Below are positions 51,550 to 63,780 of a stretch of DNA of 64,000 bases, one piece after another; position 1 is the first letter of the stretch, and every line of letters starts with the position of its first letter. This stretch comes from Takakia lepidozioides (Eukaryota > Plantae > Bryophyta): the NCBI GenBank assembly GCA_030704615.1, contig CM060733.1, positions 19,654,001 through 19,718,000 on the forward strand, written 5' to 3'. The position numbers were made by a program, and so were the translations under genes. The notes below the pieces were generated by a model, which worked only from the letters and a program-made list of their open reading frames with translations, did not search any database and was not told the origin of the DNA.

Positions 51550-52566
51550 CCTCCTGCACTCGAGGGTAACAGTCGCGCATTCAAGTCCCTAAGATATTAA
51601 TGGACCTTGTCGAAGTCCAATAGAAAATTATTCCATCTATAAATTTCCCTCATTTCTACTCAATGTACGTGTCCTACCCTACACAAACCCACCCTACTAT
51701 CTGGCACATGTCTAATCTGAGCCCACCATTGGCTGTTCCAATGGTGCGCCTATTTTTCTCCCTTCCATAAATTAAACATTATCTCCCCCCCAATAGGGCC
51801 CACCCTCGAAAGGAAGGAGGCCGCAAGGCTAAGTGGCTCTTAGTTACGCCGGCCTAGTCTCTCTCTCCCCTCTCTTACTAGGTGTCCCTCCAGCCCGGGC
51901 CCACCTGTCCACTCATCAAGCCCCCCTATTTCCTCTCATCTGGCTATCCTTCCCCTCTGTTTCCACGTTTCCACCCGCCCCTCCACTTGGTCATGCCACC
52001 TTCTTACTCGCTGAAATTTTGAAATGAAACTTAGGGATACATATTCCCTCTATGTCCCTATGCATTTTAGGATATGATTCCCTTGTTGAAGTCCCTAGAC
52101 TATATATATTTCTCTATCTATTTCCGTTTGCATTCAAGTCACTTCACTCCTTGAAACTAGAATATAATTTCTCTCTATATTTTCCTATGTATTTAATGAT
52201 ATTATTTCCCTCATTAAAGTCACTAGACCATTTATTTCCTTATTTATTTCCCTCTGCATTCAAGTCCAGCCTATGACATAACTTCCCATTCTATATATCT
52301 GTAATCCACTCCAAAGGAAATACCTCTTCATGAGAATATATAGATTATATTCCCTAGGTGACCTATTTCCCTTCTAAATAATAGGGAATAGTCCAAAATG
52401 CAAATTTCCCCACAATGTGTGAGTATGTCACCTAGGGACTTATAAGGGAAAAATAATAGTTTTCCTCCTAGGGGTTGAGTTATAAACTCTCGTGTGATCT
52501 ATGCTGGAGGTTACATGTGTGTGCTTTATCCGGCCACCAAAATCTACATGCTTTGAATGCTTAGTT

Positions 52567-53085
52567 TGCTGTCGTGCACCTAAGCATCGTGCCACAACAT
52601 ACATCGCTGTCCAACCACGCTTCCTAGCATATAGTCCTAGAAAGCCACACCACAATGATACGAAAATGATGAAAAGAGGAGAAACCACTCTATCACGTTA
52701 TATAAGTCAAGCCAATGACATCTTTGCTAAAGGACTCCACCTCTATCTCAAGTACTAGAGCTATGGCGGCGAGAGAGAGGCCTCATGAGGCTCGACTAGA
52801 AGAAGACGAGCCTGCCTACGTCTCACATGGAGATAACCTCCCCACGTCCCAAGTAAGGTTCGCCACCTCACTTGGCACATGGAACCAAATGAAGTCCCAA
52901 TGCCAACAAAATACAAATATAAATGTATAATGTCCTAATTAGTTAGAAATAACTATTTCTAACTAATCACAAACAAAACCATGACAGCTGTCGTGCACCT
53001 AAGCATCATGCCACAACATACATCGCTATCCAACCACACTTCCTAGCATATAGTCCTAGAAAGCCACACCACAATCGCCCCCCTA
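52567..53085 (-). repeat. Polypurine tract and candidate 3' LTR of the Gypsy element, with an ~88-bp direct repeat
   Basis: On - strand AGGGGGGCGAT then TGTGGTGTGG at 53073, with a possible end ...GTATCA at 52656. The first ~88 bp recur at 52567-52655. Internal 14-bp hairpin at ~52938-52967. Confidence 0.55.
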
Positions 53086-53089
53086 GCTG

Positions 53090-56000
53090 GTGATTAGGTC
53101 CCTCTAACACCAGATAGTTTGCAAGTATCCACCCCAATAAGATCATCGTTTGGTCTTCAATCGCACAAGTCCCAACACCTGAAGTCGATAGATCAAGAGG
53201 TCGGGTGCAAACGTAGCCCCATCGTTAGTCGCCTTCATGCAATCCATGATCTTCAGTTGAGTATCCATAGCATTGAAGCCCAGACCTTGGATCACTTGTC
53301 CGCCTCACCATTATCATGCCCACTACCTCTGTCCAAGGCATTGTGGACACAACCATTCTCCGATAGGAACCTCCTCAAGTGGTGGTGTCAAGCATCCCAT
53401 GTGCCACCCCCTTGAGCATTTGTCACACACCAACATGGTTGCGGCGCCACCAGCATACCCACATAGCATGCAACGCAACCCTACAAGTACCACTGCAAGG
53501 TTGGGATCTATCCTCTCATCCACATGTGGAAGGTGACATGGCGCACAATTGCGCACATGGTCCTTCCATACCATGCCATCTCGACCCTCCAGAATCAACA
53601 CTCCTGAAGGCAACACCTCCCTGACCCTTATAATCACACGTCCTGCTGTGACATCCAAGGTTGTAGGTGCTGTCTGCTGCAGATACACATAGTCCCCAGG
53701 GTAGAAACGCCGAACACTTGGCCGATATCCCCCTCCGCATATAGTGGCGTACCTCAATGTGTCTCGGTGTTGGACAATAGCAAGGTTCTCAAAAGCCATA
53801 GGCATGACTGTCTTGAACAACTCTGCCCGCTAGGCACATGCTTGTGTCCACACATTCGGATCATCAAGGTTGAGAACTATCGCCGCTTCCCTGCAAATAG
53901 ATGCAGGCAAATCCGGCTCTCGGCCGAAGAGAAGAAAATAAGATGAGAATGAGGCAAGTGAAGCTTGTTTGCTGAACCTATAGCCCATAGCTAGCCAAAG
54001 TAGCTAAAGGTCCCAATCTCCTAGGTGCGTCCCTTCTGCAAATCGTACTTGCACAAACCTCTCTTGACTGTCTGAACAACTCTCTCCGCCAAGCCATCAG
54101 CCTCGGGATGATCCCGAGAAGTAGTGCGGTGATCTATCAAGGCTTGCTCACACAAAACCTGAAACTCCCCCAAGAGCTCTCTCCCCTGGTCCGTGAGTGC
54201 CTCGGCTAGAGCACCAAAATGGCTAAGCACTCAATCTAAGAATGCATACGCAGCCCCCTCACTTGCCTTGTCAGGCAATACCACCAGTTCAATCAATTTG
54301 GAGAAGTGTTCCACCATCACTAACACATACTTGTTATGACGAATCGTCAGTGGCAATGGGCCTGCGATGTCAAGACTCCAACGATAGCCCAAACCCATAA
54401 TGGGTAAAGGATGCAATTGTGGAGTAGGGGCATTGAAAGAAGCCCGCACTTTATCACACACCATGCACCTTGCCACTAACTGTTGCACATCCGTGTGCAT
54501 GCCCCGCCACCAATACTGCCCTTGCAGCAAACTATGAGTGCGCCGCACCCCAAAATGTCTCTACTCTTCATGGGCATGGCGTACCAATCGCGCTCGTTGT
54601 GTTGGATGAGGCACAATCCTCACTCGTCCATCTTCCCATACCCGAAGTAGATTTGTCCCCTCCCACTTGAACCTCTTGGCTCGTTGTAGGACCCGATCCC
54701 TCTCCTTAGCAGTCACACTGGCTGCTGTCTCCCCGGTACAAAGGTATGCCAACACTGCTGCATCTTCATGCACATCCTTAGCACCACCAAACTCCTCACT
54801 AGTCTCTGGATCGTCATGCACGTTATCTACATGACCAATCGCATGGGATGAACTAGTTTGAGCTCCCATTGCTAGAATGCACAAAAAGGCCGATGCATGC
54901 CATCCTGGCACCATCTCCTCATCTATCTCACCATGCCACCGAGCTCCAGTATCATCATGCTCGCTCGTGCATGGATTACGACTCAATCCATCTGCATCCC
55001 GATTGACAATATCGGTTCGATGCACCACCTGGAAGTCGTACTCTTGAAGCATAAGTGCCCACCGTGCAAGCTTCCTTGTAAGTTTGTCTGACTCCATCAA
55101 CCACTTCAATGGTTGGTGTTCCGTGACAAGGGTGAAGAGATTGCCATAGAGGTAGCATCTGAAATGTGCCACTGCCCATACCGCAGTTAGACACCCCTCT
55201 TCATAGGAACTATACTTCGCCTCGGCATCATTGTTCGAGCGGCTAGCATATGCCACTACAAACTCCCTTCCCTCATCATCCACCTGTGTGAGCACTGCTC
55301 CAATCCCCAGCATATTCCAATCCGTATGTAGCTGGAAAGGCCGCCCCCGAATAAGCCGCCTCAGAATAGGTGCATAAGTCAATCGAGCCTTGAGTTCATC
55401 AAAGGCTTCCTCTCGCTCTTCCTCCCATTGCCACTCCTAACCCACCTTGGTCAACTTGATAAGAGCCTTTGCAATGCCAACACCACCTGAAGGTGTCTCT
55501 CATGCTCCTCAACCGTAGCACTAAAGACGATGATGTCATCAAAGTAGCACCGAGCAAAGTCTAGCCCCGCGAGAATCCTGTCCATGATCCTCTAAAACTC
55601 TGTAGGAGCATTCTTCAACCCAAATGGTAAGAACCGCCATTGGTACAAACAATCATTCCCATGTTGGTCAATCCCCCAGAATGCCGTCTTTTGCTTGTCA
55701 GCCTCTTTGATTGGCAACTGGTGGTAACCGGATCGCAAGTCCAATGTGCTAAACACCTTTGCATGCCCAATGGCATCAAAGATCTCCTCTGGAGTTGGCA
55801 TGGCATATCTATCGGACTTAGTCTGACGGTTCACAGGACGATAGTCCCCACACATCCTTCTTTCTGTCCAATTGCCATAGATATCCTTCTTAGCTGGCAT
55901 CACCGTTGCCGAGGCATACTCCCCGCCTGACAACTCAACCAATCCAGCTTCGAACAACTCCATAGTCCGTGACTGGATCAATGACCTTTCCATGTCACTG

Positions 56001-57680
56001 TACCGGTAGGGCCTTCGAAAGATTGGCGTGTCACTTGCCAAATCAATACGAATCTCCTGACCCTTCAAACCGAAAGCAAAGCAATTTCTATAAGCCCTTA
56101 GAAATCGCTAGATCCTTCGTCTCTCTCCTTTGATGACTGTAGGTCCAACATCTGGTTCCCAATTGTCCTCAGTGACTGCAACCTTGGGTACACCAGGCTT
56201 GGAGGTAGGAGACGAATCCTTTGGTTGCTAGATAGCAACTCATGCCCATACTTGCCACAATGCCCACACTGTAGTTGTGTAGGCTGTGCCTGTGCCGACC
56301 CTTTGCCTCTCTCCGGGCAATCTCTCTTAACATAGGGTCCTCCACAATCCCAACATGTCACACCCGACTGTTGTTGGTCTGAGAATGAAGGAAGTGACCT
56401 CTGCAATTGAGATCCTCTCTGTCCTTCCCTGGGCTTCGCCTGAGCCCCCTTGTTGCCTTGAGCACGTTGGGGTAGTGATTGTTGTTGGCTAGGAACCCCA
56501 CTTCGTTGTGTCTCCTTACCAAACCCCACTATGACCACTCGCTCCTCCACCATATTGAGCTCTATCCGTTCTGCCAGCAAAAACACATTTGCTAAGGTGG
56601 GTTGGTCCACTTGTAGGAGAGTTGCATCCCGCACCCTTCTCCTCAGCTCCTTGTCCAATATCATATACCAGAATTGGACTGCTTGAGCTTCCGTAACCCC
56701 TTGGGTCCTCCGCAATTTCTCCGTTCTTATCCCCTGGTAGTTTCTCGTTAACTCTTCGAAGAACTCCACAACTTGGTTAAAGGCAGGCACGGGTGCTGGT
56801 GCTGCAGCAGGAGCTTGAGTAGATTTCCCAACTCCGTCTTTACTTGTCCCACTACTAGTGCTTGCAGTTGGGGATGTTGGTGTAGCCACCTGGTGTCGCC
56901 GTTGCCCTTGTGCCTCTAGTGATGGAGATATAGTCAGGTGACCAATATTGTCGCCACTCCTCAATCTCTACCTCATTTCCCCGCCTAAACTCATAGTAGT
57001 CATTTATAGGCGGCCCCTCAAGGTGCTGAAATAGCCCCTTCCACGCCATAAAAGGCGTAAACAATTGTGGATTGTGCATCTGCTGCAAATCATACCAACT
57101 ATCAAACTCATGTATGAAATCATCAAGCTCGATGGTGCCCACAGCTCCAAAGTACCGACGTGGCCCCTTAGTAGCTCCATACATTTCCTCCATTGTATCC
57201 CACAACAATGGCACAGGAATGGCTTGCACCCCCAGCGAAAATCCTTCTAACTCTGAGTCTGAACCTTCCTCAGAAGACACTGAAGGTGAAGATAGCCTAA
57301 ATCGCACACCTCGTCTTGTATACCCACTAGTATCGCTGGTGCTCGTACCAGCACTCTCCTCAACAACTGGTGGCACCTCCGTGATGAAAACTCACACTCA
57401 AACCGGCTATCAGCTTGTCTCTAATCCCCCTTTCCACAAGGTAACCGGGTAGAGAACCTGTTGCGGCTTATGGTTTGGAATACTAGGTTCATATTCTGAA
57501 CCTGCACCTGCACCTGCATCCACCGCAGACACTCCTATGGTCTGCTGGTCATCAACCTAGCCTCACCATAAGAGAAACAATGATGGTCTGCTGGTCATCA
57601 CCCCAGCCTCACCACCGACAGCACGCTCTAGGATTGGCCAGCCACAATATTTCCGGCACAACCACCTATAAAAGCAAGCG
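53090..57680 (-). mobile_element. Decayed Ty3/Gypsy LTR retrotransposon: gag - (deletion) - RT - RNaseH - integrase - PHD finger
   Basis: gag with Zn knuckles CWDC...C and CGHCGKYGH (57376-56240); RT RMCGDYRPVN, FSTLDLRSGYHQ, LPFGLKNAP, YFDD (56068-55500); RNaseH FQLHTD...VVAYASR...KLARWAL; integrase YWWRGM..C..C, WSLD, TDQG, GLAER; PHD at 53472-53338. Many stops. Confidence 0.95.
53338..53472 (-). other. PHD finger (C4HC3) at the integrase C-terminus
   Basis: CMLC-x11-CDKC-x4-HMGC-LTPPLEEVPIGEWL-CPQC in ORF 53820-53323. Confidence 0.93.
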
Positions 57681-57689
57681 TCCAAACCA

Positions 57690-57997
57690 AATTAGCATGG
57701 CATTTTTGAAAGTCCAAGTCCACTCCTTGGGGTCGAATTGCAGTTCTGCCAGGGGTCTTCCCAGCACCCATAGGAAGGAACTCTCTGCCAGCCAGGTACC
57801 AGTAGGAATGGATGGATCTGGCTCGGGGTTCATGTCTTTTGTGGGGGAGCTCTAGTAGTAGACCCTTATCGGTGTATGAGCAAACAGTGGAATTCGTATC
57901 GAGTCTCTACTTTGAAGGGACAGGATCATTGTTATAGGGTTAATGTGGAATAAGAATCCAACGAAGCAATCATGTAGCCTGTCCTTGATAAAGAATA
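57690..57997 (-). mobile_element. Probable displaced 3' continuation of the LINE at 59283-61490
   Basis: Reads ...TWLAESSFLWVLGRPLAELQFDPKEWTW, resembling the post-RT region of bryophyte L1-type ORF2 (from memory); unrelated to DNMT or gag. Confidence 0.5.
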
Positions 57998-59282
57998 CTG
58001 ACGAGGGGAAGCTCATGAGTGTAAGCAAGGCCGCACGTGGCTGCCCTACTCGATTGACCACTGCTAGAGGTGGACGGTCATCATGTCGCACCCTTTGTGG
58101 TTGCCTCCCTTGGTCCAAAATGCCCTCAACCGTGAGATTAGGTGGCCGTTGAATGGAATCATATGCTCTCTTGAGCAGTTCTGGTGGTGCAAGATTGGTC
58201 CACCACAATCGAGGTCGATGCGCACGTGATCCCACCGCTGCTGCATCCAATAGCACCGCCGATCCAATCCAAGACCGCACCTGATGCACACTGGCCATAA
58301 CTCTGGCCCGAGAATCCCCCATAAGAGGAACATTTTCTAAGATATAGCCTAGAGGTTGCACTTGCCTCGTCTGCAAGTCCCGCAACACTCGCAACATCTC
58401 CTAAAACAAATGCGATCGTGCATCATACAAGCCATTCCCATGACATGCGGGAGAGTCTCCTTGGCAAGGCCATCCGGCTATCACCAAGTCAATGGAACCA
58501 TGCCGCTCCAAATCATCCGCCCCCAGCAAGGTAATGTCTGCTGGCAAGGCATTTTGATACCCTTGAATTGCTGAGAGAGGCAACAATTCAAGATACTGGT
58601 GTGTGAGCAAGGTAATGTGGCGCATGGAAATACGCCGAGCAATCTCATCCTTCTCCACATACAAGTACTTGGGTACTTTAATCCCTGCTTGCAACACTCC
58701 TGCAAACCCAGTGCTCATGCCTCCAAACAGGTCTAGCAAACAAATCCCTGAGTCAGGTGGTTGCCAGGTAATGGGCACTGTGTCCAAAGGAGCTAACTCA
58801 GGAGGTCCAGATGATGTCACTGAACTCCCCTCATTCATCAATGGAAAGGCCTCCTGCCATGCTTGGTGCACACACTCGTCTGCTACTCGATGCAAATTCC
58901 CAACCGTACCCCACAGTGGAATATGCACAGGCACATGAGGAAGCAAATCAGCCTTGCATACCAATTGTTTGTCCTCATCAGGTGATGGCCTATCATCTGC
59001 ATGGCTATTGCCCTCCAAGAGCTCACCACCCCTGAGAATGCAGCCAATGTGGGCATCATGTTCCTATGATCCACCGCTACATTCCCAATAAACCGCACTA
59101 GGAGCAGTGCACGTCGGCTATCTCCTGACTACCATTCCAGCCTGTAGGATGTCGTTTCCTCCCAAAAATCCAGAGTGAATCCTATGGGGTATAATACCGC
59201 CCCACCAACAAGCACATCATAAGACATCGCGTCCGTAACAATGGCTTTAGCTCTCATGACTGAGCCCTCCGTAGGATGATCA
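57998..59282 (-). pseudogene. Retropepsin C-terminal half followed by DNMT3-like C5-cytosine methyltransferase (retrotransposon-borne, disrupted)
   Basis: AIVTDAMSYDVLVGGAVLYPIGFTLDFW (protease C-half, ~59245-59160); frameshift near 59020; motif I LLDLFGGMSTG, II YLYVEKD, IV IDLVIAGWPCQG, GLYDARSHLF*EMLRVL, VI YILENV, VIII LLDAAAVGSRAHRPRLWWTNL. Truncated before motifs IX-X. Confidence 0.92.
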
Positions 59283-61490
59283 GAAGACCAGAAGTTGGTG
59301 TTGGGTTTAACATGACCTGCTTGAAGAGTTGGGATCCAGGTAGAGGGGATGGAGTCTTTAACGATTTGGTAACCATGATATAGTTTGGCCCTTCCTACTT
59401 TGAGAACTAAGTGTTCGGGCTCATGAAAGCCCCGGCTGTTCCATAAATCATTAACTTGGCTGATACCCTTCCTGTCCCAGAAAGACCAGCGATGCGCCTG
59501 CGATTTTTGCGTGAGAGAGGGGGGTTGTCATTCAAGAAGATGTGTTGTCTCAGTATTTCCTCATGGCTCTATGGTTCCGATTTTTTGAGGAAGGGTCTCA
59601 ATCTCCCCCAGGCTTGCCATATAGAAGACCATAGAGATGATCCAGGCAATTTAAGTCTGAAGCCTTGAAACACCCACCTAAAGGAGGGGTTCCACTGGGA
59701 GTTTTTGAGGGGGGACGAAGCCTGATTGTGTCCTGCCACCAAGAATTTCCACCAACCCCCCTCCGGACCGAAGAATCTGGGCAACCATTTACCTAGCAGT
59801 GCTGATATTTGCGTGTCTGGGTCTATAAGGCCCAGCCCCCCCCCCATTTTTTTGGGGAGACAGATCTGCTTCCACGATACCTGCGGTCTTTTGCGATTCA
59901 AGGAGCTGGTTTGTGCTCCTCAAACAAAGTTCCTGAGAAGAGCTCTGATCTGTTTGGTTTGTGAAGAGTTGGGCCTCCAAGAGGATGAGAAGAACCAAAT
60001 CCCTGCCGAGTGGATCTGATTTACTGCTAGCACCCTACCAGTTATTGAAAGGTGTTTGGAACCCCAGAAGGTAAGTTTTTTTTTCAATTTCGCTAGAGTG
60101 GGTGCAAAGCGTTGCTCATCCGTGAGGTTCACTCCATAAGTATAGCCCAGGTAGGTCGTTGACTGACCAGGTCTCAACCATGAGAGGCCCAGATTTGATC
60201 CCCAGGTAGGGTCTGTCCCTATCGTGGATCTGGACAGATCCCCGGCCAGGATTGCACAAGTCTTGGCCCAATTAACCTTAAAACCGGAAGCCTAACATAA
60301 CGAGTCCAGTGTTTGAGAGGTGTTGTGAAGGTTTTCCGAGGAAGCTTGCAGCATGAGAAGAGTGTCGTCCACAAACATCGAGTCTTTGACTTGCGCTGGC
60401 TGGTTGGTATGATAATTGGAGACTTGAAGGCCTACAATGTCTGTGTTGTTTTCTAGCATGTATCCCAGGGAATCTGCGACGAAAAGAAATAGGAATGGAG
60501 CTAGGGGGCAGCCTTGCCTGACAGATCTCTGAAGGGGGAATGGTTTAGAGAGCTGGCCATTAATCATGACCCTACTAGATGAGTTCTGCAAAAGAATGCT
60601 AACCCACTGGCAAAACAATTCTGGAAGACCGACCTTAGTTAGGGTTCCTAGTAAGAACGACCATTCCACCCTATCAAAAGCCTTTTCAAAATCAAGAAGC
60701 AGCAAAGCTATAGCTTGCTCGGTTTGTAGGGCATAGTATGGAGCTTCCTGGGCTAGAAGAAGATTGTCCATAATGTAGCGACCTTTTATGAATCCTGTCT
60801 GGTTGGGCCTAATCAATTTAGGAAGTAGGGGTTGTAGTCTTAAAGCCAGAGCTTTGGCAATGATCTTATAGGCTACGTTTAAAAGGGTGATAGGTCTGTA
60901 GTTAGATATGTTCGTGCGGTCTCCTTTTTTGAAGAGCAGTGTTACCACTCCTTGAGACATAGAGGCAGGCATTCGCGCTATCAGGAAGATATGATTCGCC
61001 ATGGAGAGGAAATCTTTTGAGATATCCTTCTAGAGAGCCTTGTAAAACTCCACGGGCATTCCGTCCAGTCCCGGAGATTTGCCGTTATGCAGCTTGGAGA
61101 GAGCATTCTCGAGCTCCATGTCTGTGAATGGGCCTTCCAGGGAGGCAGCTAGCTCCTGGGTGAGCAATGTTGGAGTGGATTGAAGGCAGTGATTCTAATG
61201 GGGAGATGTTGCAGTGTGACCTCCGGAGAGACTACTAAATAAAGATTCAAAGTGTTTGCCTGCTAAGCTTGCCATGTGTTTGGGAGAAGAGGCGGATATA
61301 CCCGAAGGCTGGTCAATCAGTTCAGTGATGTTTTGAGAAGCTCTCCGCAGCTTGGATTTTTTGAAGAAATATTTGGTCATCCTTTCCCCTTTTGTAGACC
61401 AGTTTATGCCTGCCTGAAGTTTGAGTTTTTGTTCATGGGTAGACTGAAGAATCTCAAGGCTTTCCTTGGCTAGGAGGTAGGTCATGTATG
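59283..61490 (-). mobile_element. Decayed L1/Tx1-type LINE ORF2 (RT region), 5' truncated
   Basis: W..KGERMTKYFF, GKSPGLDGMPVEFY, NYRPITLLNVAYKIIAK, LDFEKAFDRV, VRQGCPLAPFLF, FVDDT, YLG, LSITGRV, VSWKQICLPK..GGLGL. In-frame stops. Confidence 0.94.
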
Positions 61491-61740
61491 TGTGCTCATC
61501 ACATCTAGTGGATTCTACTCTAGATTGACATGCTGAAAGACATTTATGAATTTATTTATACATATTTTACACTTCCAAAAGATCAAACAGAAAATATGCT
61601 TAAAACTATCTATTGCAATAAGATAGACATATTATTTTCAAATTCTGTGAATAATTTTATAGTATATGGATTTTTTAGTATTTCTAATAATACAAACATA
61701 TTTTCAGGCAATAAACAAAATATCTATCAAATCCATATGA

Positions 61741-61976
61741 TATATATATATATATATATATATATATTCCAAAAAAAACGTAGCAGCGAAAGCCCACAAA
61801 TTCAGGCCCTAGAAGAGGGGGAAAAACTACCCTATTTCATTATGGGCCATGAGACCTACAGGACCATCAACACCCAGGCATACCATCACGAACAATCCCA
61901 CACACGGTGCAGGATACCAGGTTCGAATCCTGAACCACCAAGGCGACACACTGTGCACTTACCAGCTGAGCTACTA
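61741..61976 (-). mobile_element. tRNA-derived SINE-like element with T-tract and (TA)n tail
   Basis: - strand TAGCTCAGCTGGTAAGTGCAC (A box)...GGATTCGAACC (B box), ~135-bp body, T8 run, then (AT)n at 61741-61767. Head resembles 3961-3982. Confidence 0.6.
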
Positions 61977-61984
61977 AATTTTAT

Positions 61985-63780
61985 ATTGTGCCACGTGGTG
62001 CAACAAGAAGAGGCTCCGCCAAATAAATCAAAAAATAAATAAAATATAAGTTAACAAAAATTAAAAAGAATGGAGTTTTAAATTGTGCCACATAGTGCAG
62101 TGTGGCACTCCGCATAATGTTGCCACGTGGCTCAGCGCGAATAGGCGCAGCCAGGAAAATATGTTTTACATTTATTTTTTTTAAAAAAGAAAATGAACTA
62201 TTTTCTATCGCTGGCGGCGCCCCGCGAGTCCGCCACGTGGTTCAAAGCAAAATAGGCGCCGCCCAAAAGTTATCATTAATTAATTAATTAATTAATTTTA
62301 AAAAAAATAGAAAAATAAAAACCAAAACGATTTTCTATCACTGGCACATGGAGGTTCTACGCAGCGGGAAGCGGACAGGCGCCTGCTACAAAAAATAAAA
62401 AATAAAAATAAAAAAGAAATATATATATATAAAGAGAAACCAAAATAATTTTCTATTGCATGACGGTGCCGTCCGATCTCGCCAAGGGGCGGGACGTGGA
62501 CAGGCGCCGCCCGAAAAAGGTCAAAATAAAATAAAATAAAATAAAGAATAAACCAAACCCATGTGGCTACGACATGTGATTCTGTCACATGGCGCGACGG
62601 GGACAGGGCGCCGCCATATATATATGAAGAAATCTTGGTTTGTGGATGGGACGTTGGTTGCGTCCATAATGGTGCACACATGACATACCATTATGGTGCT
62701 CCATAACTATGTTTTTTCTAAAATTATGTAAGAGGGTCACCCCATATGTATACTCATTTGCAACCGCCGTCTAAACTTGGAGTGGAGAGCAAACTGGAGT
62801 ATTGGCGCGAATGTCAACAACAAGTGTGCTTTCAGGTTAGTATTGGGGGTGTTGCGTACGCAACAGCTTGTAATTTGCATTGTGGATTTTTATTGTTTTG
62901 TGTTATGTCGTTATACGTTATTGCAATAAGGAGAATATAAAAAAGGAAGAAAGAACATCGTCGAACATATGGGTGTAGCATGCGCAACACTCCTAGTCAA
63001 ATGAAAAATTAATAGGAGTATAAGAGTAGTTATAATTTATAAATACATAAATTAAAAAAAACCCAAAAAAAAAACCAAAACGATTTTCTATGATTGGCGC
63101 ATGGCGGTTCCACCCAGCGGGGACGCAGACAGGCGCCGCCCGAGATTAAAATTTTAAATTTTAAAATTTATAATAATAATAATAATAAACCATGTGGCTG
63201 CACCACTTGATTCTGCCACATGGCGCGACGGGACAGGCGCCGCCATATATATGAAAAGATCTTGGTTTGTGGATGGGACGTTGGCTGCGTCCATAATGAT
63301 ACACATACGACATATCATTATGGTGCGTACATTATGGTGCTCTATAATTGCGTTTTTTCTATAATTAATAGTGGTCATTCTTTTTTGGTTCCTATATAAG
63401 AGGGCCACTCCATATGTATGCTCATTTACAACCGCTGTCCAAACTTGGAGTGGAGAGCAAACTAGAGTACTGGCGCGAACGTCAACAACAAGTGTGCTTT
63501 CAGGTTAGAGTGGGGGTGTTGCATACGCAACAGCCTGTAATTTGCGTTGTGGATTTTTATTGTTTTGTATTATGTCGTTATACGTTATTGCAATAAAGAA
63601 AATATAAAAAGGGAAGAAAGAGCATCGTCGAACATATAGGTGTAGCATGCGCAACACCCCTTGTTAAATGAAAAATTAATAAGAATATAAGAGTAGTTAT
63701 AATTAATTAATTATTTATAAACAAACTCAAAACGATTCTCTATTTGGCATAAGGCAGTTCTGCGCGGCGGGATGCAGCAT
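61985..63780. repeat. AT-rich compound tandem repeat (~670-750 bp units, ~2 copies plus partial) with GC-rich GGCGCC/CCACGTGG subrepeats; probable non-autonomous transposon
   Basis: aaacttggagtggagagcaaact at 62773 and 63441 (period 668); aaacgattttctat...ggc block at ~62325, ~63078 and ~63730. Confidence 0.85.

Noticed and set aside
57998-58745. Bacterial restriction-modification methylase or contamination
   Set aside because: Motifs are DNMT3-like, it follows a retroviral-type protease, and it lies among eukaryotic retroelements and intron-containing genes.
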